A stretch of DNA of 64,000 nucleotides from NCBI GenBank assembly GCA_004431415.1, contig QPMI01000623.1, positions 104,470 through 168,469 on the forward strand, given 5' to 3'. Positions 1 to 11,073 of the stretch are shown piece by piece. The notes under the pieces are model-generated. The model was given only the letters and a program-made list of their open reading frames with translations, was not told where the DNA came from and did no database searches. The stretch's first letter is position 1. The number at the start of each line of letters is the position of its first letter. The stretch is from Cyanophora paradoxa CCMP329 (Eukaryota > Plantae > Glaucophyta). A program made the translations under genes and the position numbers.

Positions 1-327
1 TCGGTTGGCTGAGCTCGAAGGCAAACCAAGCAGGAATGGCCGCCGCCCAGAGTGACGCTTTTTTTCGTCAGCAATGGGGTTCCTTTAAATTGTACCCCAG
101 CAGTTTTCAAAGAATATGAAGACAACGAGTCTGAGGTGAACGGCCTCAGCCGCACTCGGTGGGGCGACAAGTAAAACAGTAAACAAAGCGCACGGATCTT
201 GCCTGAGAGATGGTCAAGCGCATAAGCTCATGGAGCTAAAAAATACGATTACGATCAGATCCAAACAGAAGAATTACGATCGATCTAGACTGAAACCTCA
301 GATCCAAACCTCATAACCATTGCGATT

Positions 328-420
328 GCGATTACGATTAGGGCGTCCTTGATCTGCGATTACGATCGTAATTAGGACGTCCTAGCTTTGATCTGCGATT
401 ACGATTAGCTAGGGCGTCCC
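328..420. repeat. Three degenerate tandem copies of a 28-bp unit (gcgattacgattagggcgtccttgatct)
   Basis: Units at 328-355, 356-394 and 395-420. Units 2 and 3 differ from unit 1 by short insertions (cgtaat, agctt, ctag) and one substitution. Confidence 0.85.
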
Positions 421-617
421 TGCAGGGGGGCCACTCTCCTTACGGGGGCCACGCAGGGCCCGGCTGGCCGAGCGTGAGCTCGGCCGCGATGCATATGGGC
501 TGGGCCCGGGGCCCGCGGCCGCGGCGGCCGCAGTGTACATTCCCACACTTGTAGCCCGGACCTGCGTTTTTGTACGTGTACATGTCCAAATGCGTATAGT
601 ACTCAGTGACTTTTCCG

Positions 618-725
618 GAAAAGATTCGAATCTGGGGATCCTGCCAATCGGGGTGAAGATTGTTGACTTGATGCATATGGGAGCACGCTCATCTCCGGAC
701 CCGGGAGCACCGCGCCGACATGATG
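618..725 (-). repeat. Third, partial copy of the METTL21 terminal codons (LHPDWQDPQIRIFS, recoded form) plus flank shared with the copy at 2705-2813
   Basis: 618-658 is identical to 2724-2764. Similarity continues to 725 versus 2813 with three small insertions. Confidence 0.9.
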
Positions 726-728
726 ATA

Positions 729-2472
729 GGGTTGGGCTTACTAGTACTCCGGTAATACCCCGTCCGGGCCGAGTAAGGGTAAAGTACTGAAAGTTGCAAG
801 GGGGGGTACCCCCTCCCTTGCTCCCCTGGTGAGTTGGTGCGGCGTACTTTCTGTGTTAGCAATTTTTGTAAGATGAGATTCTTTGCATGCGCTCTCGTAT
901 AGGTGTGATCGCATCCTAGCCGCTGCGAGCGGCGGAAAAAAATGCAGGGGCGGGGCTGCGCAAACATGTCGAGGTCGCGCCTCACCTGCTATCGCTATCT
1001 GCACCAAACCACGTGCGCCTGAATGCTCTCAATGCGCTCTACAAACTCTGTCATACATGTCCGGGCTCGAGAAGTGGCGCGTGGCGCGCTAGGCCGCCTC
1101 AAGTACCTGTTGTACCAGGCGCCGGAAAAAAGTGCTCCTGCGAGTTTGGCGCCGAAATCGTGTTGCAGTACCCAGCAGACTTCGTTCGCGCGCTGGTACG
1201 GCGCTTACATCTGCAGCTGGGCGGAGGCGTGGCGCCGACCGAATGCAACTGGCAACACCATGCTCTGACCGTGGCGAAGTTCTGCTCTGCTCGACACCAT
1301 GCGGACACAGCCGGGGCAGATTTGTGGGTTGCGGAGCCTCGGAGAGCACCTACAGCTGCTGAACAACCTGTACAAGCACGTTCGTCTGCGCCGGTAGTAG
1401 GCGCCCGCGACGCCGCCTTCCGGTGCGCATGCGCGCGCGCCGCGGCCGCTTGGCCGACCGTCGGCGCCCTGCGCCCGCCGACCGCAGATCCGAGCTTCAG
1501 CAGCAGCAGCCCTGACGCGTGGGTCTGGCCTCTAGCTATAGCAGCAGCCGCCTCGCGTGCTAGGCGCTAACGCGCGGGCACGTCGTACGCGTGTTCGGCC
1601 GCGGAGTGCTCCTGCATCTGCCGTATTGGTCTGCATCGGCCCGCGCCAAGCCGCCCTCGCGCACCGATGCCGGCGCCATGTAGCCGGCGGCAGGCTCGAG
1701 AGACAAGCGGCGGCGCGGCCGCGGCTCGACGGGCGCGGCGGGAGCGCGGCGGGCGGGGGCGCGGCTCGCCGGTCAAGCATGTGCATGCGCAGGCTATGCG
1801 CAGGGCCCGGCGCCTCCTGCCGCCGCTCCGCCCGCTTCCTCGCCCGCCGCCCCGCCCGCTGCCTCAGCTTCGTCGACTCCAGGTTCGTCCCGCCGCTGCT
1901 GCTACGCACCTGACCCGGCCGATCCCGCCGGGCCCCGCCCCCGCACAGCCGCTGTCGGGGGCGAGCTGACGCCTCAGCTCTGCGCATGCGCAGGCTATGC
2001 GCAGGGCCCGGCGCCACCTGACGCTCCGCTCGCTTCCTCGCCCGCCGCCCCGCCCGCTGCCTCAGCTTCGTCGACTCCAGGTTCGTCCCGCCGCTGCTGC
2101 TACGCACCTGAACCGGCCGATCCCGCCGGGCCCCGCCCCCGCACAGCCGCTGTCGGGGGAGAGCTGACGCCTCGCGATCGGCCCTTCGCAGGCTATATAT
2201 GCGGAGGGCACGGCGCCACCTGCCGCTCCTAGCTCCCGTGCCCCTCCCCGGGCCCGCCGCCGCCTCGCCGCCGCCTCCCTCCCCACCCCACCCGCCCACC
2301 TCGGCACCCCGCCTGCCGCTGCCTGCCTTCCCCCCCCCCCCCCCCCCCCGAAGTGCCCTGCAATGAGTCAAGTACCCCCCCTTGCACCTCCGCGCGCGGC
2401 CCGCACTTGAAGCACTTGCACAGGGCCGGGCGCGGTCTGCTAGTATTACCCCGAGTATTACTGAGGAAACCC
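729..2472. mobile_element. Decayed non-autonomous TIR-bounded element carrying gene debris
   Basis: Exact 15-bp inverted repeat tgcaagggggggtac (795-809) / gtacccccccttgca (2372-2386), plus ggtaatac (751-758) / gtattacc (2443-2450) and weaker similarity out to about 729/2472. No transposase seen and no clear TSD. Confidence 0.5.
1783..2230. repeat. Tandem duplication with a period of about 200 bp (two near-identical copies and a degenerate third start)
   Basis: 1783-1975 aligns with 1984-2173; a partial third copy lies at about 2188-2230. Confidence 0.9.
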
Positions 2473-2481
2473 CTCTCCTCC

Positions 2482-2515
<34 letters not shown>

Positions 2516-2704
2516 CCCGGCGAGCTCGAGCTAAGGCGGAGGCATGTCCTGCGACGTGAGCCAGCGCAGCCCGGCTGGAAAGCTTCTGAATCGATAGCTG
2601 AGCAACGCTATATGCGCCAAACTGCGCTCCCCGCGCTGCTAGAGCCTGCCCTGCTAGAGGTTGGACGTGTTTGATTGCGATTGCGATCTGGGGTTGGACG
2701 GAAT

Positions 2705-2764
2705 CTAGCCGCGTTTCCTGCACGAAAAGATTCGAATCTGGGGATCCTGCCAATCGGGGTGAAG
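2705..2764 (-). repeat. Synonymously recoded copy of the last 20 codons (including stop) of the METTL21 gene
   Basis: Encodes LHPDWQDPQIRIFSCRKRG*, the same as 2893-2952. All 7 nucleotide differences are at synonymous third positions. Confidence 0.95.
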
Positions 2765-2892
2765 AGTGTTGACTTGATGGGAGCACTCTCATCTCCGGAG
2801 CACCGACATGATGTCACTGATAATGATGATGAGAGTGCTCCGGAACAGAGCTGGGCGCGCTGCACTACATCATGTGTCTACACTGAACGCTT

Positions 2893-3724
2893 CTAGCCGC
2901 GTTTCCTGCACGAAAATATGCGGATCTGGGGGTCCTGCCAGTCTGGATGAAGCTTGCCGGGTGGAACCTGTTCCACCGTAAAGTGCTGACATTCACTTTA
3001 GTTCTTCTACCAGGCTGGCATGGCATTAGGATCGGGACCATCACAAACCTGCATCAGCATCTTGTAGAAGTTCAGTTCTTCTGCTTTTCGAAGCTCGTGC
3101 GAGATAAGGACGGTTGACGTCGCGGTTGTAAGATCCAAAAGACTCTTCACAAGAAGTGGATGACTTTCAACTGTGAATCGGTTACTATCCATAAAATGTT
3201 TGTGGCACCGCGACACATGCATACCATAGTATAGGCAATCTGCAACCAGGACGATGTCGAACGGGGGCTGCAATGCGCTCGCGTCTGAGCCCCACTCGAA
3301 ACTCAAAATTTGTACTCGGTCGTCGACGTGGTTGCGTTGGGTATTCGAAGTCCTGCATTAAACTCGTTAAAACGAGTTTAAACCGAGTTGCAGCGCTTAC
3401 ATTAGAGGTATTAATGGTTTCCGGTCGGTCAGTACCACCTCCTTTGCACCAAGGACTCTAAGATCCAATGTCTTGGGGCTGGGGCATGCATATGCGTGGG
3501 GTCGCGTACGCGAGAGAGAGGCCGCAGATGCCAGTGCCTGCTCCCAGCTCGATCACTCTAGATTCCCGTAATCTCTCAGCAGAAAATTCCTCATTGGAGT
3601 GCGCCAGATACGCGCTTAGCACCAAAGCCGCATCCCATGTGGTACCGCCGTGAGCGAGCAGGCCGAGATCCTCCGTCGTTTTGACCTCGAGGCCGTCCCG
3701 CAGCGCGAAGACGCGCTCCGCCAT
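2893..3724 (-). CDS. METTL21-family (Methyltransf_16) protein lysine methyltransferase, 5 exons
   Basis: Motifs GGTTWDAALVLSAYL, VIELGAGTGICGL, VVLTD, FEWG and FDIVLVADCLYY. Four GT-AG introns join the exons in frame, ending ...RIFSCRKRG*. Confidence 0.9.
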
Positions 3725-3943
3725 ACGCGACGCTGCGCGGCTCGCTCGAGGGCACGAGCGCGGAGGCGACGCGCGCGCGCGCGCACCCGTCACGCGGAGC
3801 GCTCGTCGCTTGCGTTTATCCGCAGCTAGTATGCCCGTGTTATCAATGTGCAAGCCTTCGTCTTACGAGAGTACCCCCCGCAAGCTTCGTCCCCGGCTGT
3901 GAAGTTGAGCAGCCCGGCCGAACCGTTCCTCGTGCGGGTTACG

Positions 3944-6113
3944 ATGGCCGAGGCACTAGCTTCACGTTCACGTCTCAATCCGTCGACATCGGCCCCGGCC
4001 GGGACGCCAGGGTATGTAGGAGTTCGCGCGGCGTTGCGGGGCGATATGGCCGACCGTAAGCCGTCACTCTGGGAGCGCTGCACCGCGGTTTGCTCGGCGA
4101 GCAAGGTTGACCCGGCCTCGGTGCCCGCCGCGACCCGCAGTCAAGTTCGCAGCTGCTGACCGCCGCCCGACGGCGTCCAGGTTCTCGACAGCGTGGTCTG
4201 GGTAGCGGACTTTCAACAACAGGTATCTCTCTTGCCCTCTCTCTTGTAGCTATCTTGTAAGAGTTTTTGCCAGCTGCGAACAATCGAAGCCAAGAGGTAC
4301 ACGAGTGCGAGCGAATTCGAGCGCGACAGGCAACATGTCCTCGACTTCTTCCTCCGGGTGCAGCCCCCCGCCGTGCTGCACCCCCCGAGCGCTCTGACCC
4401 GTCGTGCAGGAGGCGGGCATCTCCGAGCAGTGTTCGCCCGGTCCGCCGGACGGCGGCCCTTCGCAGCTAACGCACCGAGCAGCTGGATATATTGTGCGGG
4501 AGGTGGCGCGCGTGAGCGAGAGCGTGACGAGGGGCATCGACGGGGCGAACAAGTCCCGCCTGCAGACTGCCGAGCGCAAGTCGGTCTTCTTGCAGGAGTT
4601 CAACCCGCATGTCGCCGTCCAGACCGACTCCGGTGCGCCCCGCTCCGCCGCCACGGGCATCGTTTCAAACTCGAGCCGCGCCGGGCAGCGGCGGAGCCGG
4701 GGGAGGGGGAGCTGCGGGCGCAGGCGAAGCGCGACCACGAGAAGCTCGTGGAGACGCTGGGGAAGCTGCGCGGCTTCGAGGAGACGGTGCGATGGCGCGC
4801 CTCCGGAGCGCGGCGGCGCTGACGCAGGCACGACCAGATCCGCTCCCTCGAGGCCTCCGTCCACGAGCTCGAGGCCGTCCGGGAGCGCTACGAGTCCGAG
4901 GCGCGTGCCTGCGCCCCCCGCCGGCCGCACACGTCGAGCGGGGCGCGCAGATCAAAGCGCTCTCCGACGAGGTCAGCACACTGGGGGCGGAGAACGTCGT
5001 CCTCAAGTGCATCGTCAAGCTGAAGGAGGTGCGCGGCGCTGCACGGCGCGGCGCGGGGGCGGGCAGGGCGGCGCGGGGAGGCGAGCGTGGCGGGGCGGCA
5101 GGTGGAGGCGCAGCAGCAGTCGCGGGGGAGCATGGCGTCGAACGCGCACGGGGACGACGGGGCGGAGGGGGAGGAGGGCGGGAGCCCGCGGCGCATCGCG
5201 ACGGCGTCGGCCTTCGCGGAGGCCCTCCAGGCCGCCGCCAGCGCCCGCACCTCCGCCGCCGCCGCCCCTCTCCCCGTCTGCCCCGCCCCGCCCGGCGCCC
5301 CCGCCCGGCGCCGACGCGCTGCAGGGCGAGCTCGCGTCGGCGCGGCCCTCGGTGATGGACGCGCGCGCCGAGCCCTCTGCCGCCGCGTCAGGCCGGCCCT
5401 CGGCGGCGGCGGCTACGGCGGCGGCGGCGCCCGACGAGGAGGCTCGGCGGCTGGCCCTGCAACGCGGCCTCAAGGTGCTCCGGCCCGGCCCGAGGGCGCG
5501 GGGCCGGGGGCGAGCGGGGCGCAGGGGTACATGAGCGACGTGTTCTCCCTGAGGAACCCGGCGTCGCCGCCGACGTCGCCGCCGGGGGCCGGCGCGGAGC
5601 TCGGCCCCGAGCTCGCCTCCACCCTCGCCGCCAGCGGCGTCGACCCCGCCTCCTCCGACCTCCTCCAGGACATCGCCCAGTACGAGGTGCGACCGGCGCC
5701 TGTCCGCGGGGCGCGCCCCCGCATCCTTGCCCCCCGCTCTCACTCACGGCCCTCGCGGGGCGGCAGGCGCGCCTGCGCTCGCACATGCACACCGTCGCGC
5801 AGGAGCGCCTCAAGGCCCGCCTCAGCGGCCAGCTCGGTCCGCCGCGCCGCGCCCGCCTTCGGTCCCCCTCCTGCGCGCTGAGGCCGCCCCAGCAGCTGCC
5901 GCGGGTAAGCCGCCGCTGGCGCCGGCGCCGCCGTCGGGGGGCACGTCGGTGGCGTCGACGTCGGGCGCGGAGAGCGGGCGCTCGAGCCGCTCCAGCACGG
6001 GCACCGGCCCCTCGCGGGCCCCCGCGCCCCCGACCCCGGGCTTCACCGTCGCCGTCCCCGTCGCCGTCCCCGTCGCCGTCCCCGGCGCCCGCCGCTCGAG
6101 CGGCGCTGCATAG
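3944..6113 (+). CDS. Hypothetical multi-exon coiled-coil protein
   Basis: Coding-like exons (AKRDHEKLVETLGKLRGFEET, IKALSDEVSTLGAENVVLK, DLLQDIAQYE) separated by typical short introns; no family recognised. Confidence 0.6.
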
Positions 6114-6165
6114 CGCTTTTTTGAAACTGTTTTGATTAGGGCATTGTACATGGACGTAAGCCCTC

Positions 6166-6862
6166 TCACGATCCTCCCGCCTCCCCCAACTGCTTCCTGT
6201 ACCAGCGGGAGACGCCCTGCACGGGCACACTTGATCAGCGAGCGGCGCCGACGTCGATTTGTCCCGGCCGCGGACCTGGCCGCCTTGGGGAGCGGCGGGC
6301 CGGGCAGGAAACAGGGCGGCGATGCCGAGGGCGCCGCTTGCGCCAAGGCGAGCGAGGGAGGCGTTCCAGGCCACCGCGGGGCCGCTCTCCGCGTATCCCA
6401 GCGTCGCGTAGAACGGCGCCACGTCGCTCTGGCAGCTCAGGTAGCACGCGCGCATCCCCAGGCTGCGATCCCGTCGACAAAGACCCCGCGCGCACGTGCC
6501 GGCCGCCGGGCGCACCTCGTAGCGAGCTCCTCGGCGGCGCGCATGAGCAGGCGGCCGAGGCCCGCCCTCCGCAAGGACGGGTCCACGAGCAGAGACTCGA
6601 TGACGCCGACGCCGTCCGCACTGGCGTCGCGCTCGGCCTCATCGACCGGTATGGCCTTGGACAGCTTCACATGCCCCACGACGCGCGTCCGGTCTTCAGC
6701 GGGGACCAGGAGCAGCCTGCACGGCAGCTGGCTCCCAGCCGCGCGCCTCTGAGCGTCCCTGGCGCTCTCGCTCTTATGCCACTGCTCGCTGAGGAGCGCG
6801 AGCGCCGCCGGCCAGAGCTCGGGTTGCGCGTCCAAGTCGATGACCTCGTACGCGCCGCTCAT
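6166..6862 (-). CDS. NAA80: GNAT acetyltransferase, NAA80 (actin N-terminal acetyltransferase)-like
   Basis: LLSEQWHKSESAR, VVGHVKLSK, acetyl-CoA motif LVDPSLRRAGLGRLLM, LSCQSDVAPFYATLGY and C-terminal WYRKQL; two introns. Confidence 0.75.
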
Positions 6863-7278
6863 TGCTGAAGCAAGATGAGCTGCGCGGCGGTGCGGCGGCG
6901 CCTGGCGCGGCCGCCGACGTCGACGGGCCGCTGCGAGCGCCGGCGGCGATCAGGGGGGTAGACTCGACGCAAGGCGGCCCGGCAACGTGGACGCTACGCT
7001 CATCGCTGAGCAGGAGTCAGACCCCCGACGAAATAGTGGCCGGCGCTGGCCGCAGCCAGAGCAACCGCTGCGCTCATCGCTGAGCAGGACTTCTGTCTGC
7101 AGCCCTGTATGTTTCTCGAAGTACAAAATAGTTGCCGCAGCCAAAGCTGCGCTCGTAAGCGCGTACGTGGTCACCGTATGCGTACTAGGGCGGGGCATCC
7201 AGCTCTGGCGTCTGCAGCTGCGTAGACGAGTAGTATGTTTCTCGAAGTACAGTAAGCCACGTCGACACCATCCTGCCA

Positions 7279-10200
7279 ATGGCCTCGGTTGAGGGATTTA
7301 CACTAGCTCCTCGTCCGGGCGGGTCGCTTTCCCAGCGGGCCCCGAGAAGGTCCAGCATCGCAGCCGATGAAGCGTACGCAGGCTTGCTGCAGCCTCCCAG
7401 GCCGCGGCGCGCGAGCGTGTCGGTGTCGCCAGCCCGGGAGCGAGCGATGGAGAGCGCCAGCGCCTATCTCGAGCACCTGCCGGCGATCGAGCCGCGTTTG
7501 GCTCTCAAGCTTCAACGACTGTCCATCCCGAGCCATAGGGCAGTGGACGGCGTGCCGGGGGCGCCCAGCGAGAGCGTGAAGCAGAGGCGTTCGGTGCGGC
7601 TCCTCGTGGAAGACGGAGACGCCGCGCAGCCTGCCTCGGAGACGGGCGGCAGCGCCGGTGCGCACCCGCAGCCGGCGGAGGCGACGGGCTCGGGCCCTGG
7701 CCCGAGCGTCCCGGCGCTGAAGAGCCACGGTCTCCGCGACGAGGGCGAGTCGCACAAGGCGGCACATGGCGGGGCGCAGGGGGCCCACCGCTCCCCGCCG
7801 CGGGCGTCCCACCGGCACCCGCCGCGGGAGGCGGAGGCCGGGGCGACGGGGGCGCACGTCCTCTACTCGAGCCAGAGCGTGCCGGCCCTGCACCCCGACG
7901 CTCACACGTCCTCGCGGCCCCACTTCCTTCGGCCGATGGCGCCGGACGCCTCGGGGCCGTCTTCGAGCGAGGAGCTGGGGCGGCAGCCGCGGCAGCGCGC
8001 GCTCTCCACGCCCTCGCTGCACCACGCGGGGCGGCCCCCGCAGGCGGCCTCGCACGCCGGCGTGCCGGAGGGCGAGGGTGGGGCGCCGGCGCCGGCGGCG
8101 ACGGAGGGCGACGTCAAGGAGGCGCTGTTCCTCGGCAAGATCCTCGTGCGCCGCGCCGCGGGGCCGGCAAGGGGAGGGAGGGGCGAGCGGGGCGGCAGGT
8201 GCGGTACGTGCTGCGGGCGGACGGGGGCCGGCTGGTGGCGCGGGACGACGTCGCCGCCGCGCTCGGCCTCCCCGCCTCCGCCGTCCCCGCCCGCCACCCC
8301 TCCGCCTCGCCCGGGGCGCGCCTCGGCCCGGGCGCCGCTGGAGGTGCCGTTCGCGGACGACGCGGGGGTCTTCGCGGCCTGCCTGGGGCGCGGGGTCCCC
8401 GCGGAGCGCGCGCAGGCCTTCACAGACTTCCTCCACGCCCTCGCCGCCCCTCCCCGCCCTCCCGCCCCGCCCGGCCTCGCCGCCCGCCCCGCCCTGGAGC
8501 CGGGCGACCCGAGCGAGCTCTGGCGCGCCTCGAACGCGGAGATCGCGAGCTGGCTCTCCCGCCGCGACTGCGAGCGTGCGTCCGGCCGCCGCCGCAGCCC
8601 CCCGCGCGCGGCGACGCGGCGCGCAGGGATCGACGAAGAGCGGACGCGCATGCAGGCGTCGCTGTCGGCAGCGTGGGAGACGGGCGTGGGGCCGGGGCCG
8701 GGGGCGGGGGCGGAGGGCAAGGTCTCCCCCACCAGGGGCCTCCTCTACGAGGGGGTGGAGGCGGGGCGGGAGACCCCCGCGCCGCCCTCACCCGCAAGGC
8801 GCGCGCCCCGCCGGCCGGCCCGCCGCCCGGGGCCTCACGGGCGGGGCGCAGTACGAGGCGCTGCGGGCGGCGGCGCGGGCGGTGCACGACACGCGCCGCG
8901 AGGTCGCCGACGAGCCCGGCCCGCCCGACGCCCGCCGCCGCGGGTGCGCTCCTCGCTCGCTTGCCGCCCTCCGCTGCCCCACGCGACCCGAGCCGGGCGC
9001 GCAGGTCGCTCGCCGGGTCCGACTCGGAGATGCCGCCGCCGGCGCTGCTCGCCGGCGGCTCGCCGCGGCGTGGGCCGGGGCCGCCTGGGCCGCCGGGGCG
9101 GGGCCGGCGCGGAAAGCGGGCACGGCGAGCGTGCCGGAGCTCGCGGCGCCGCGCGGGCGGGCGCTATCGGTCTCGCCGCAGCCGCGGCGGGCGGGGGCGG
9201 GGCCGGGGAGGCGGGCGGGGCGTGGCGGGCGGTGGCGATGGATGGCTGGGCGGCCGTGCAGGCGTTCATCAAGCGTCCGGCTGGCTCGCACGTGCCCATC
9301 CTCCGCTCCACCGGCACCGTCGCGGCGAGCCCCGCGACCGTCGCCTCGTTCCTGTGGAGCCGCCGGCGCGCGTGGTGCGCCCCCGCCCCGCGCGCCGGGC
9401 TCGGGGTCGCGGGGGCGAGGGGGGCGGGGCCAGGGAGGGGATGGCGCGCCACGTGGAAGTCCTCGAGATGCTCGACGAGCGCACCCGCCTCGAGAAGGCC
9501 CGCCCCACGCCCCCGCCCCGCCCCTCCCGCCCCCCACCCGACGCGCGGCGGCGGGGGCGCAGGTGACGCACGAGGCGCTGGCGGAGGGGGTGCCGCCGCG
9601 CGACTTCCTGCTCGCCACGACGTACCGCCGCTACGCCCCCGACCGCTACCTCGTCGCCTCCGCCTCCGTCCAGCACCCCGCCCACCCGCCCCGCCCCGCC
9701 GCCCCTCCCGGCCCCCTCCCCGGCCCCTCCTCCGGCCCCTCGCCAAGGCCCGCCCCCCCGCGCCCCCGCGATGCAGACAGCGGCGCCTCACCGGCGGGGC
9801 GCGCAGTCGACGAGCGAGCGGGGGCACGTCTTCTTCTCGGGGTGCGCCGCCTCCCGCCCCCGCCCCCGCGGCGCCCCGCCTTCTCAGCCCTCCCCCGCAG
9901 CTTCTACGTGCGCCCCGGGCCCCCGGGGGCGGCTGTCGGCCCGACGGGCGAGGCGGCCCAGGTGCGGCGCCGTTTCCGCCTCCCCTGCGACCCCAGCGGG
10001 CGATCCCCGCCGGCGCGGCGCCGCAGATCGTGCACGTGGCGCAAATCGAGTACGGGTCGCTGCTGCCCTCCTTCCTGCAGCGCTTCTGCTGGCAGAACGA
10101 GCTCCTCAACGGCGCGCCGGCCCCTCCCGCGGGGCGCCGGGGGGCGGGGCGGGCGGGGGCGACGGGGGCGGCAGTGGCGACGCTGCGGGGGGCGCTGCTG

Positions 10201-10666
10201 GGGAGCTCTCGACGGCCGGCTCGGGCTTCACGGCGCTGGCGGGGGCGCAGCTCGACGAGGCGCCGCGCCCCGCCGGCGCCGCCTGGCGCACCGCCTCCCT
10301 CGCCCTCACCGCCATCGCCGTCCGCCCCGCCCTCTGCCCCCTCGCAACCCCCTCACCGCAGCGCAGGCGGCGCGCGGGGCGGGGCGGGCGGGGCGGAGGG
10401 CGGGGCCGGGGGCGCGGGGAGCGCCTCGGAGGAGGAGGAGGCGGAGGAGCGGGTGCAGGCGGCCGAGGAGGCCGAGCGCCGCCGCATCGCCGCCGCCGAG
10501 CGCGCCGCCCGCACCCTCCCCAACCTCCAGTGCCCGCCCCGCGCCCCCGCATCCCCGCCCCGCGCCCCCGCCGAGGCCGCCGCCGCGCAGGCAGTGGACG
10601 GAGCTCGAGGAGAAGCGGGCGAGGCGCGAGGGGCAGCTACCGAAGGCCGACGCCCGGCCCCCCTGA
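7279..10666 (+). CDS. START-domain (lipid-binding) protein with a long low-complexity N-terminus
   Basis: Exons PILRSTGTVAASPATVASFLW, HVEVLEMLDERT, PPRDFLLATTYRRY...YLVASASVQHP and IVHVAQIEYGSLLPSFL match START-domain motifs. Confidence 0.75.
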
Positions 10667-11073
10667 CCATGATCCCGGCCCCCTCTTCGTACCCACCTTT
10701 CGTCCTGTCTTGTCCATGCCCCAATTTCGTCCCCACGCTTCAGTCTTAGGCCCCTGAGGCTTGGAGTCTGCTCTTTGCTGCACTGCGGCATGAAGCCACA
10801 CAGCTTTAAAAATTTCGTTACTGCAACAGTACAGGCGCCAATTGCAAACATCTCTGAATTTCAAGTTTACACATGTACATGTACATCATGGCATTGGTCG
10901 AGGCTCAGCGGCTTGCAAGGTTTGGTTGGAGTCGGTTTTGGCCCACTGGGCCAGTGGGGTCCCTGTCACTGATCATGAGAGTAGCTAAAGGTACCGTTGC
11001 ACTGGTTGAGCAGTGGCTTACAGCTACGTCCGCACGCTTCGAGGCTCAAGTGGGGCGGCCTTGCCAAGATGCA

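Noticed and set aside
1-240. Structured ncRNA from three short hairpins (tgacg/cgtca, tgggg/cccca, ctgagg/cctcag)
   Set aside because: The stems are only 5-6 bp with no recognisable family motif; this could equally be the last intron and exon of a gene outside the window.
328-420. CRISPR-like array
   Set aside because: The units are directly adjacent with no unique spacers, there are no cas genes, and the context is eukaryotic.
2705-2952. Diversity-generating retroelement TR/VR pair
   Set aside because: The differences are not adenine-specific on either strand, are all synonymous, and no reverse transcriptase is nearby.
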